64,000 nucleotides of DNA, taken from the IMG/VR virus record IMGVR_UViG_3300024350_000008, one strand, 5' to 3'. Positions within the stretch are counted from its first letter, which is position 1. Each line of letters opens with the position of its first letter. The notes under the pieces were generated by a model that had not been told where the DNA came from, did no database searches, and worked only from the letters and a program-made list of their open reading frames with translations. This document shows, one piece after another, positions 49,398-58,249 of this stretch. Position numbers and translations under genes: made by a program. This DNA is from a virus. Its lineage: Duplodnaviria > Heunggongvirae > Uroviricota > Caudoviricetes > Crassvirales.

Positions 49398-49612
49398 ACG
49401 TGAAATTATTCTCCACTTTTCCAAGTGAGAAAGAACCCTACTGGCAAATTGTATTATTACCCACAATAACAATCCTGAGAAGTCCTGATCCTTTAGATAG
49501 ATACACAGTGATCAACCTGGAGTGGCTTTTCTGGAGCGTGTCAATATTTACACATGACAAAGAAAGACTATCTAACAGTGAGGATGACAAATCCTACTAT
49601 ACTAATATATGA
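49394..49612 (+). CDS. Small ORF (72 aa)
   Basis: Its ATG overlaps the helicase stop. It also overlaps the next ORF. Confidence 0.3.
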   Translation: MNVKLFSTFPSEKEPYWQIVLLPTITILRSPDPLDRYTVINLEWLFWSVSIFTHDKERLSNSEDDKSYYTNI

Positions 49613-49799
49613 GAAGTATAGGGAGAAGCATGACCCAAATAAGCATGGACGTTTGTTAGGAGCACAGGAGCTGCTTACGTTTGTGCAAATGTGGCGTAAT
49701 CCTCATGATATACTACAAGGCATCATTGAGGAATATGACACCAAATTTGATGTTGTGCATTTGTTAGATAGAAACGGACAACTTATAAAACTATTATGA
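49554..49799 (+). CDS. Small ORF (81 aa)
   Basis: Its stop overlaps the start of the SF2 helicase gene (ATGA). Confidence 0.35.
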   Translation: MTKKDYLTVRMTNPTILIYEKYREKHDPNKHGRLLGAQELLTFVQMWRNPHDILQGIIEEYDTKFDVVHLLDRNGQLIKLL

Positions 49800-50872
49800 C
49801 TCTAAGAGACAAACGACAAAAGGAGTTTGCTGATATATGGATAAATGCTGGCAAGTTTGGGATACTTAATCTGTGTCCCAGATTTGGTAAGATATTTACC
49901 ACCATCAACATCCTTGAGAAAACTAAACCAAAGAGCATTCTTATTGCCTACCCAGACACAAAGATCAAAGCAGCTTGGCAAACAGACTTTGAGAAACGTG
50001 GATATGATGACAGTGGTGTCACATACACTACACACATATCTCTGCATAAGTATAAGGACAATGCTTATGACATGGTGGTGATAGATGAAATCCACTTACT
50101 GTCTGATAATCAATTATTTGCAACCAAGGACCTATTGAAACGCAATGATGTTGTATTAGGCCTGACAGGTACACTATCTAGATGGACAGAGGACACACTC
50201 TGTGAACACCTAGATTTGTGTGTCATTGCAGACTATTCAATTGAACAGGCTATCAAGGAAGGTGTTATTGTTGATTATGAGATAGTTGTGAGAATGATTC
50301 CCCTGGATGATAAGATAAAGCAAAACTTCAAAGGCAAGATATGTACAGAGAAGAGGCGCTTTGATGCTTACACATGGGCTATAGGCAACGCTGAGCGTGA
50401 GGGTAAAACCACCATGTTTCTCAGGCTAGCAAGGATGAGAATAATCCAAAACAGCTTAGCCAAACGTGAATGTACAAAGAGAATATTACAGAATTTCAAA
50501 GATGAACGCATTCTGGTGTTCTGTGGTGTCACAAAAATAGCTGACCAGCTAGGCATTCCTTCCTATCATAGCAAGAAAGGAGAGAAAGACACATTTGAGA
50601 AGTTTGCTGCAGGCCATGGTAATCATATGGCTGTAGTGAAAATAGGTAACACGGGGGTAACATATAAACCTCTTAACAAGGTGATTATCAACTATTTCGA
50701 TAGTAATGCAGAAAACCTGGCTCAAAAGATAAACAGGTGCATGGCTATGGAATATGACAATCCTGACAAGAAAGCCAAGATATATATCATCTGCACAACA
50801 GAGGATGTAGAAAGGAAATGGCTTAAGAAAGCATTAGAATTCTTTGACAAAACAAAAATTAAATACGTATGA
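49796..50872 (+). CDS. SF2 (DExH-type) helicase-like protein (358 aa)
   Basis: Motif II VIDEIH. Motif III GLTGTL. Degenerate Walker A CPRFGKIFT. Confidence 0.5.
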   Translation: MTLRDKRQKEFADIWINAGKFGILNLCPRFGKIFTTINILEKTKPKSILIAYPDTKIKAAWQTDFEKRGYDDSGVTYTTHISLHKYKDNAYDMVVIDEIHLLSDNQLFATKDLLKRNDVVLGLTGTLSRWTEDTLCEHLDLCVIADYSIEQAIKEGVIVDYEIVVRMIPLDDKIKQNFKGKICTEKRRFDAYTWAIGNAEREGKTTMFLRLARMRIIQNSLAKRECTKRILQNFKDERILVFCGVTKIADQLGIPSYHSKKGEKDTFEKFAAGHGNHMAVVKIGNTGVTYKPLNKVIINYFDSNAENLAQKINRCMAMEYDNPDKKAKIYIICTTEDVERKWLKKALEFFDKTKIKYV

Positions 50873-51060
50873 AACTAGAAATTGAAAAAGTAACAGAAAT
50901 TGGTAAAGAACCCTGGTATAGACTACTCAAAGATGGTGATTATGTCACAGGTTCTTATAGTTTGTTATGGATAGAAGAGAAGTTTGAAAGTATGAAAAAT
51001 GGTGTACCAAATAAATACTCAGAAATTTTGAGAAGTGAAGAAATTGACCTACCTTTATAG
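50869..51060 (+). CDS. Hypothetical protein (63 aa)
   Basis: ORF. Confidence 0.3.
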   Translation: MKLEIEKVTEIGKEPWYRLLKDGDYVTGSYSLLWIEEKFESMKNGVPNKYSEILRSEEIDLPL

Positions 51061-51090
51061 CTCTAAACTACATACATAAACTTAAAGCAC

Positions 51091-51762
51091 ATGTCAAGTA
51101 AACTCATCGCAATTGTGGGTCCCACTGGTACAGGTAAATCCACCTCTATCAAGCACCTAAATCCAAAAGAAACGTACATTATCAACGTAGCAAAGAAGGA
51201 ACTTCCATTCAAAGGCGCAGACAAATTGTACAACAGAGAGAACAGAAACTATGATGAAATTGATGACGCAAACCTGATTTCTCAGAGATTGCGCACACTT
51301 TCAAAAGATGCTCCGCATGTTAAGAACATCATCATCGAGGACAGTAATTACATTATGGGCTTCAACCTGATGCAAAAAGCCACAGAAACTGGTTTTACCA
51401 AGTTTACTATTATGGCTAGAGACATGGTTGATTTGTTCAGAACAGCTCGTAATCTCCGTGATGATCTAAAGGTGTTCTATTTCTCCCATCCAGAAACAGT
51501 GGAAGATGGTGGTGAGATAATTGGTTACAAGATCAAAACTGCTGGTAAGATGATTGATAGTCAGATTGGACTAGAGGGCCTGCTCACTATTTGTTTGTAT
51601 ACACATATTGAGGAGACCAAAGATGGTTCATCTAGCTATTATTTCGTGACCAACAGATTCAGAAAATATCCTGCTAAGAGTCCAGACGGTATGTTTAAAG
51701 ACATCAAAGTGGAAAACAACCTACAGCTTGTAGCAGATACAATAGACGAATATTACAATTAA
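51091..51762 (+). CDS. P-loop NTPase (223 aa), possibly a Sak4-like or RecA-fold recombination ATPase
   Basis: N-terminal Walker A IAIVGPTGTGKST. Walker B-like NIIIEDSNY. The size fits Sak4-type proteins. Confidence 0.5.
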   Translation: MSSKLIAIVGPTGTGKSTSIKHLNPKETYIINVAKKELPFKGADKLYNRENRNYDEIDDANLISQRLRTLSKDAPHVKNIIIEDSNYIMGFNLMQKATETGFTKFTIMARDMVDLFRTARNLRDDLKVFYFSHPETVEDGGEIIGYKIKTAGKMIDSQIGLEGLLTICLYTHIEETKDGSSSYYFVTNRFRKYPAKSPDGMFKDIKVENNLQLVADTIDEYYN

Positions 51763-51796
51763 AGCACACATTCATTAACAATTAAAACGAAAAACA

Positions 51797-52660
51797 ATGA
51801 TTCAAGGAGACAAAAGAGAACAATTACAATCGAAAGAATTTCCAAAGAAGGTGGGATTATTTGAAGCTGAAGTGGTAGCTATCAATCCTACACCAGAAGA
51901 ATTTAAAGAAATCTTAGACATTGAACTTCCTGCAGATAACAAGGTGACAGAATACCTTGGCAAGAGTAAAGATGGCAATGCGTATTTGCGTATTGACGTT
52001 TGGCTTAAAGATGTTAAAAGCGGTGATAAGTTCAAGGCTACATTCTTCTTGGAAGACAAAGAACGCGAAAGCAGAGATGGTAGCAAGAAACAATATATCA
52101 ACAACATTGGTAGAACAGCTTGGGCTGCAGATCCTAATGATTTGAATGAATGGTTTGTAAAGCGTGACTATCGTGTTGCATATGTAGGAGAAGAAGAATT
52201 CTATGAGTTCCTCCGCACATGGTTAGGTAAGCTTGACTATATGAAGGACACCACTGTTCTACAGGCTGACTGGAAGAAGCTTATGAAAGGCAACGTTAGT
52301 GAGCTGAAGAGCCAAGTGGATGGTGCATATAGCACAAACATTGGTGCTCTTGCCACTGTTGTTATGAAAGAGAAGAATGGTGAGAACAAGGAATATCAGG
52401 GTGTGTATAACAAGGCATTCTTGCCAGCTTATGCATTAAAGAACTTCCGTCTTATCAACTATAACGATGTAACATTACAAACAAGCCTTCGTGCTAAGAA
52501 GTTGAAAGACTTGAAACCTCATGAGCGTTTTGTAGTGAATGTTACAGGTGAATATGGATGCAGAGACTTCTATGTTCTCCATGATATCAAGGAGTATAAC
52601 CCAGATGATAACTTGGTTGCATCTGATGCTGTGCTCTCTGATGATGGTGATGACTATTAA
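51797..52660 (+). CDS. Possible ssDNA-binding protein (287 aa) with an acidic C-terminal tail ending in an aromatic residue
   Basis: C-terminus ...LSDDGDDY. Followed by its own terminator. Sits inside the replication operon. Confidence 0.4.
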   Translation: MIQGDKREQLQSKEFPKKVGLFEAEVVAINPTPEEFKEILDIELPADNKVTEYLGKSKDGNAYLRIDVWLKDVKSGDKFKATFFLEDKERESRDGSKKQYINNIGRTAWAADPNDLNEWFVKRDYRVAYVGEEEFYEFLRTWLGKLDYMKDTTVLQADWKKLMKGNVSELKSQVDGAYSTNIGALATVVMKEKNGENKEYQGVYNKAFLPAYALKNFRLINYNDVTLQTSLRAKKLKDLKPHERFVVNVTGEYGCRDFYVLHDIKEYNPDDNLVASDAVLSDDGDDY

Positions 52661-52678
52661 ATCCCTTAACCTCCAAAT

Positions 52679-52713
52679 AGCCCTCATCAAAGATTGGTGG
52701 GGGCTTTATTTTT
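52679..52713 (+). terminator. Rho-independent terminator
   Basis: Stem AGCCCTCA paired with TGGGGGCT (one G-U pair), 11-nt loop, then TTATTTTTG. Confidence 0.5.
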
Positions 52714-52716
52714 GTT

Positions 52717-53100
52717 ATGTTGACAATCCCAGTGAGCGTAGGAGAGCTGATTGATAAAATAAGCATCCTACAAATAAAAAGGAGCAAGATAAAAGATGAA
52801 ACCAAGCTTGCAAAGGTTCAAACAGAGATCAAGGAACTAATGGCTGTAGCAGGTCCATTCTTAGCCAATGATTCTATATCTGTCCTTTATGAGGACTTAA
52901 TAGGAATTAATTCACAGCTATGGAATGTAGAAGATAAGCTGCGCATCCTTGAGAAAGAAAACAAGTTTGAAGGCGAGTTTGTATCTCTAGCTAGAAGTGT
53001 ATACCATCTAAATGATGAGCGCTTCAATATAAAGAACAAGATAAATATTTTGCTTAATTCAGACATTCAAGAGGTAAAACAATATATTGATTACAAATGA
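52717..53100 (+). CDS. Hypothetical protein (127 aa)
   Basis: ORF. Coiled-coil-like. Confidence 0.4.
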   Translation: MLTIPVSVGELIDKISILQIKRSKIKDETKLAKVQTEIKELMAVAGPFLANDSISVLYEDLIGINSQLWNVEDKLRILEKENKFEGEFVSLARSVYHLNDERFNIKNKINILLNSDIQEVKQYIDYK

Positions 53101-54101
53101 TTCAAGGAGACATCAAGTTGAGGCTCACTCCTCAGGCTGTGCTCAACAAGATATCAGAGTATGACATATTTAGGTTCTACATGCCAGATAAAAACTGGAA
53201 GCTCAATCAAGCCACCTTTTCCCCATTTAGGAGCGAAAATAATCCCTCATTTGTTATAGGGAATAAAAGAGGGACAATATCCTTTATAGATTTTGCAGAT
53301 ACCAGCAAGCGTGGAGATTGCTTCACATTTGTCAAAATGCTGTACAATCTATCCAATATGGATGAGGTGCTCAGATTGATTGATAAAGACTTTGGGCTAG
53401 GTTTTCTACCAGGCACCTCTACAGACAAGTATAAGACCATTCAGAAGGAATATAAGCAACCAGAAGACCTGGGAAAGCGCTATTCTTTGATTCAGGTGGT
53501 GACACGCAAGTTCACAAAAGAAGAACTTGAATATTGGAACCAATACTATCAGAGCTTAGATGATCTCAGAGCCAACAGTGTGTATTCAATCAAAGAGCTA
53601 TTTCTCAACAGGAAGCGTTTTCCTCTAAAGGACACAGAACTCAGGTTTGGTTATCTATATGATGGTCATTGGAAGATCTATCGTCCTTTTGGAGACAAGA
53701 AAAGCAAATGGGTGCCCAATAATGTGCCTATTACAGCCATGGATGGTAAGGAGGATATAAAGAATTGTAGGGTGGCATTCATCAACAAGTCTAAAAAGGA
53801 CTACATGGTGATGAAAAAGGTGTTTCCCTGCTGCTGTGCTGTCCAGAATGAGGGTGTAGCATGCTTTTCTGATGAGAATGTAGAATATCTAAAGGCCAAC
53901 TCTGACAGGCAAATCCTGTCCTTTGATGCAGATGATGTGGGTGTTAGGAATAGTCAAATGATAACCAAATTGTTTAACTTTGAGTATGCAAATGTTCCAC
54001 GAAAATATCTGACAGAAGGCATTAAGGATTGGGCTGATCTAGCAAAAGAGCACGGACTAAGAGCCATTATATCGTATTTAAACGAAAAGAAACTTTTATA
54101 A
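53097..54101 (+). CDS. Toprim-domain protein, probable DNA primase (334 aa)
   Basis: C-terminal half reads CCCAVQNEGVACFSDEN...ILSFDADDVG, a conserved Glu followed by DxD. Sits between the helicase and the polymerase accessory genes. Confidence 0.5.
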   Translation: MIQGDIKLRLTPQAVLNKISEYDIFRFYMPDKNWKLNQATFSPFRSENNPSFVIGNKRGTISFIDFADTSKRGDCFTFVKMLYNLSNMDEVLRLIDKDFGLGFLPGTSTDKYKTIQKEYKQPEDLGKRYSLIQVVTRKFTKEELEYWNQYYQSLDDLRANSVYSIKELFLNRKRFPLKDTELRFGYLYDGHWKIYRPFGDKKSKWVPNNVPITAMDGKEDIKNCRVAFINKSKKDYMVMKKVFPCCCAVQNEGVACFSDENVEYLKANSDRQILSFDADDVGVRNSQMITKLFNFEYANVPRKYLTEGIKDWADLAKEHGLRAIISYLNEKKLL

Positions 54102-54111
54102 ACAACAACAC

Positions 54112-54885
54112 ATGGAAACAAAAAAATCCTATTTAGCAGCAAAAGACATTCTGCTAAACGCAGCACTTCCTGCAGAAACAAAAACTTACAAGCCTGTTAC
54201 ACATCAACAGCTTATGGACCTGACATTAGAGAGCATACATGGAGCAGGTTTTGAATTAGAAGAAGAAACATATTCAGCAGCAAGAGATGGTAATGTAGCA
54301 AATGGTAGATATACCATCAAGAATATAGCAGATAGCGAAATGCAGCTACAGATTGGCTGGCAGAATAGCTATGACAAAACTATGAGTTTGAAGTTTGCTA
54401 TTGGTACACGCATCTTTATTTGTTCAAATGGTTGTGTATCAGGTGATTATGGTGCATTTAGAAAAGCACACAGAGGAGAAATCCAAACATTCACACCTAA
54501 CGCTATTACAGAATATATTAAGCAAGCAGGTGATGCTTTCACAAAGATTCAAAGCGAACGTGATGCTATGAAGAATATGGAAGTGACAAAGCGTACAACA
54601 GCTGAGCTTATTGGTAGAATGATCATAGAGGAAAACATCATTGAGAGCACACAGCTTAACATCATCAGGGGTCAAATAGAGAACCCATCTTTTGATTATG
54701 GTGCTCCAGGCAGCTTATGGGAGCTCTATCAACACACCACATTCGCTATGAAGGAGGTTCACCCAAGCTTATGGATGAGAAATCATATCAACGCGCATTC
54801 CTTCTTTGTGAATGCTGCTGGTATTAATGTTCTCACGCCAGTGGTAGAAGAAATTCCTTTCACACAATTAGAAATGCCATTTTAA
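54112..54885 (+). CDS. DUF932-like phage or plasmid-associated protein (257 aa)
   Basis: The segment GWQNSYDKTMSLKFAIGTRIFICSNGCVSGD matches the N-S-x-D...C-S-N-G pattern I recall for DUF932. Confidence 0.4.
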   Translation: METKKSYLAAKDILLNAALPAETKTYKPVTHQQLMDLTLESIHGAGFELEEETYSAARDGNVANGRYTIKNIADSEMQLQIGWQNSYDKTMSLKFAIGTRIFICSNGCVSGDYGAFRKAHRGEIQTFTPNAITEYIKQAGDAFTKIQSERDAMKNMEVTKRTTAELIGRMIIEENIIESTQLNIIRGQIENPSFDYGAPGSLWELYQHTTFAMKEVHPSLWMRNHINAHSFFVNAAGINVLTPVVEEIPFTQLEMPF

Positions 54886-54886
54886 T

Positions 54887-55606
54887 ATGATTTGGGAGAA
54901 ATTCAAAGACCAGTTTCATGAGAGCTGGCATGCTAAGATGAGGCCATTCATCGAAAGTAGTGAATGTGATGAGATCTATGAGTTTCTCAAAAGAGAATCA
55001 AAGAGGGGCAAGAAAATAGCCCCTCTTTCTTCTAATGTATTCAGAGCATTCAAAGAAACTTCGCTAGACAATCTAAAGGTGGTGATGATGGGCATGTGCC
55101 CCTATCACACAGCTAAGAATGGTGTATATGTAGCAGATGGTTTGTTAATGGGTTGTTCTATTACAAATAGCCTACAGCCATCGCTGGAACAGTTTTATGG
55201 TGGTATTGAGAGAGAACTCTATGACGGGCTCAATCTTAAATTCACCAAGACACCAGACGTTAGCTATCTAGCTCACCAGGGTGTGCTGATGTTTAACGCA
55301 GCGCTCACAACAGAAATCAACAAGGCAGGCTCACACATTGCTCTTTGGGAACCATTTACACGTTGGTTCTTTGAACACGCAATAGATACAGCTGGTGTGC
55401 CTATTATATTTCTGGGCAAAGATGCTTCCAAATATCAGCGCTATGTATCACCCTTCACATGGTCTTTTGCTCTTAGTCATCCAGCCAGTGCTTCTTACAA
55501 GAACACAGATTGGGATACAGAGGGTGTATTCACCAAGGTGAACAAGATTGTAAAAGACAACAACAATTATCAAATCGAATGGCTCTACGAAGAGCCTCCT
55601 TTCTAA
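54887..55606 (+). CDS. ung: Uracil-DNA glycosylase, family 1-like (239 aa)
   Basis: MGMCPYHTAKNGVYVADGLLMGCS compares with GQDPYHGPNQAHGLCFSV. GVLMFNAALT compares with GVLLLN. C-terminal LSHPASAS compares with HPSPLS. Confidence 0.7.
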   Translation: MIWEKFKDQFHESWHAKMRPFIESSECDEIYEFLKRESKRGKKIAPLSSNVFRAFKETSLDNLKVVMMGMCPYHTAKNGVYVADGLLMGCSITNSLQPSLEQFYGGIERELYDGLNLKFTKTPDVSYLAHQGVLMFNAALTTEINKAGSHIALWEPFTRWFFEHAIDTAGVPIIFLGKDASKYQRYVSPFTWSFALSHPASASYKNTDWDTEGVFTKVNKIVKDNNNYQIEWLYEEPPF

Positions 55607-55616
55607 ACAAACATTT

Positions 55617-55928
55617 ATGGAAATTGATGTAACACAATTACAGATGGGGGATGAGTTCCTCTACTCTGTACAGGGAACTATTGCCAGAGCTAAGGTGATT
55701 AGACCCGTAGAACCAAAGAAGGTGCAGCCTGTTCATGGTCAACAAGGTAAAACCTATTACAAATCGGTGAAATGTGTAGTGGCTATGAAAGAAATAACAT
55801 ACAACACTAATTGGGGTGGTCACGCACGCACATGGACCAGAAAAGAATACAACGCATCAGATAATTACACAGTGGAAAAATACGTAGATCTAAATTACAG
55901 AAACATTTGGTTGGTTAAAAAGGCATAA
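55617..55928 (+). CDS. Hypothetical protein (103 aa)
   Basis: ORF. Confidence 0.35.
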   Translation: MEIDVTQLQMGDEFLYSVQGTIARAKVIRPVEPKKVQPVHGQQGKTYYKSVKCVVAMKEITYNTNWGGHARTWTRKEYNASDNYTVEKYVDLNYRNIWLVKKA

Positions 55929-55930
55929 TT

Positions 55931-58231
55931 ATGATATTAGAAAAACAGAAAGAAGCATTGATTCATCAGGACGGTGAATCCACAGAGTCTATAGGCATGT
56001 CCTTAGACCTGGACTCAGCACAGGTGCTTATGCAAATGCTGAGCAAGAACTTGTATTCAGACGCAATTGGTTCCACTATTCGTGAGTGTGCCTCTAATGC
56101 GCTGGACAGTCACAGAAGAGCACAAACTGACAAACCTATTATTGTCAGCCTGCGTGCTACAAAAGACAACTCATATGAATTCTCTGTAGAGGATTTTGGT
56201 ACAGGACTAGATGCTGAGGACGTAAAGAATATCATCAGTAAATATGGTAAGAGTACAAAGCGTAATAGCACTACAGAACTAGGCATGATGGGGCTAGGAT
56301 TTAAAGCCCCGCTAGCATATACATCTAGCTTCTATTTTATCGCTCGTAAGGATGGAATGGAACGCAAATACATGATGTATGAAGGAGAAGATGTCAATAC
56401 AATTGACCTCTTATATGAAGCTCCTACAGATCAGCCTAATGGTGTTAAGGTGATTGTTCCAATTAGCTGGCGTGATAAGTATGATTTCAATCATAAAATC
56501 AACGAGCAGCTAGCTTATTTCGAGAATGTATATTTTGATGTAGAAGGGATTAGTAATGATTTTACAATTGTCCGTCATCAGTATTTTCAATTCTCTGAAC
56601 TAGCTAAAGACAACAATCTACACATCTGTTTGGATAATGTCTACTATCCCATGGATTTTAAGAAGCTTGGTATTGATTATATAATGCTTCCTGTTGGTCT
56701 TAGATTTAGTTTGACAGATGGTATATTTCCAACACCAAACAGAGAATCTATTAGATATACACAGGAGGCCAAGGCTATCATTCTCAAACGTCTTTCTCAA
56801 GCTGCTGATTATTTTGTGGAGAAATATAACGAGAGTGTTAAAGAAACAGATAATGTTAGAAAGATTGTAGAGTATTTTGATAGCAACAATAGGTATTTGA
56901 TGTTTAACACTAACAAGTGGGACATCAATCCTTTGTCTCAGTTTGCTACAATTAAAATGAACGAGCCCAACTTTAAGGGAACTACATTACTAAAACCTTC
57001 TCGCATTGCAAAGCTGCAGGAGTATATTCTTGGAGAATATGAGGGCAAGTTTGTTGTAAACAGAAAGATGGTTCGTGATGCCAAGAGTTATTACCAAATA
57101 ACATCTGTAAGACGTCTGAAGGATAAAGTGTATGTATATGAATCAGAGAAACTTAGTCAGTTAAAGAAAGACTATGTCAAGAGCTCACAATCTCATACAC
57201 ATGAAGAGGCTTACATATTTAAGAAGGTGAAAAACTTCAAGCTGCGTGGTAAAGATGGTGCTTATGACAACTATTATAACATCCTACAGCTTCGTGACTA
57301 TCCAAAGGAACAATGGAGACAATTGATTAAAGACTTCCAATTGGTTGTTAAGAGCTTAACAAGTACATTTATCAGTCTTGACACAATAGACATTCCTCAA
57401 TCCTTCATTGATTCTAGAAAGAAGGTGAAGGTGAGTGTTAATGCAAGTGGTACGCCTGGTGTTCGTAGAATAAAGCTCAAGGGTGAGATTGTGTGTAAAC
57501 AGGCTGAAGCGCTAGAGCGTTGGTCTGATGGTAAAAACTGTAAGTGGGTGAGCAAGATATATGACCTAGCTAAGTTCCACCAGAACAAGTTTGTTCTTTT
57601 GTATGGTAAGCAGGAAGATGCTAACAAAATGGATGAATGGTTTAAACCTAGTAGAAACCACAATGTTGAGCTGGCTATATTCAGTGACCGTGAGCTCAAA
57701 ATAGTGACTAGCTTGAAATTACATAACCTAATGTCTTTTAGTAAATTTATGGAAGGGAAGAATAAAATGTTCCAACGTATAGCTTCTAGCTGTATGATTG
57801 ACAAGCTCAGAGATGAATATAGAGCTGTGTTCAGTAATAGACAACACCTGCAATACGTATCTACAGATCTGTTTAATAAGGTGGAAATACTGGAGAGTTA
57901 TTTTAGAAAAAACTATAGAGACATCATGAGTGATGAAGCTAGAGATGCTATTGCAGCGCATGCTACAGAGGTGAATCAGTTTGATCCTGAGATACATGAC
58001 ACGTATAAGCAGGTGAAGGCTGTGTGCGAAAAGCTTTTGTTCCTCCATCCAATTCTAGACGCCATGAGTGTTTACACTAATGATAAAACTCAGAAAATAA
58101 CACAGGCTCTCGTAGATCTATTCAAATATCACAAGCATAGGGTGGATCTGAAATATTATCAAATCAAGCTCAACGATGAGGTGGAAATAGAAACACCTAT
58201 TAGTGAGGAAGTATTAAACGAAATATTATAA
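55931..58231 (+). CDS. GHKL-superfamily (Hsp90/HtpG-like Bergerat-fold) ATPase with a long C-terminal extension (766 aa)
   Basis: N-box IRECASNALDS compares with ELISNASDALD. G1 VEDFGTGLD. G2 LGMMGLGFKAPLAYTSSFYFIAR compares with GQFGVGFYSAFLVA. Confidence 0.6.
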   Translation: MILEKQKEALIHQDGESTESIGMSLDLDSAQVLMQMLSKNLYSDAIGSTIRECASNALDSHRRAQTDKPIIVSLRATKDNSYEFSVEDFGTGLDAEDVKNIISKYGKSTKRNSTTELGMMGLGFKAPLAYTSSFYFIARKDGMERKYMMYEGEDVNTIDLLYEAPTDQPNGVKVIVPISWRDKYDFNHKINEQLAYFENVYFDVEGISNDFTIVRHQYFQFSELAKDNNLHICLDNVYYPMDFKKLGIDYIMLPVGLRFSLTDGIFPTPNRESIRYTQEAKAIILKRLSQAADYFVEKYNESVKETDNVRKIVEYFDSNNRYLMFNTNKWDINPLSQFATIKMNEPNFKGTTLLKPSRIAKLQEYILGEYEGKFVVNRKMVRDAKSYYQITSVRRLKDKVYVYESEKLSQLKKDYVKSSQSHTHEEAYIFKKVKNFKLRGKDGAYDNYYNILQLRDYPKEQWRQLIKDFQLVVKSLTSTFISLDTIDIPQSFIDSRKKVKVSVNASGTPGVRRIKLKGEIVCKQAEALERWSDGKNCKWVSKIYDLAKFHQNKFVLLYGKQEDANKMDEWFKPSRNHNVELAIFSDRELKIVTSLKLHNLMSFSKFMEGKNKMFQRIASSCMIDKLRDEYRAVFSNRQHLQYVSTDLFNKVEILESYFRKNYRDIMSDEARDAIAAHATEVNQFDPEIHDTYKQVKAVCEKLLFLHPILDAMSVYTNDKTQKITQALVDLFKYHKHRVDLKYYQIKLNDEVEIETPISEEVLNEIL

Positions 58232-58249
58232 AATTCAAAAACAAACAAC

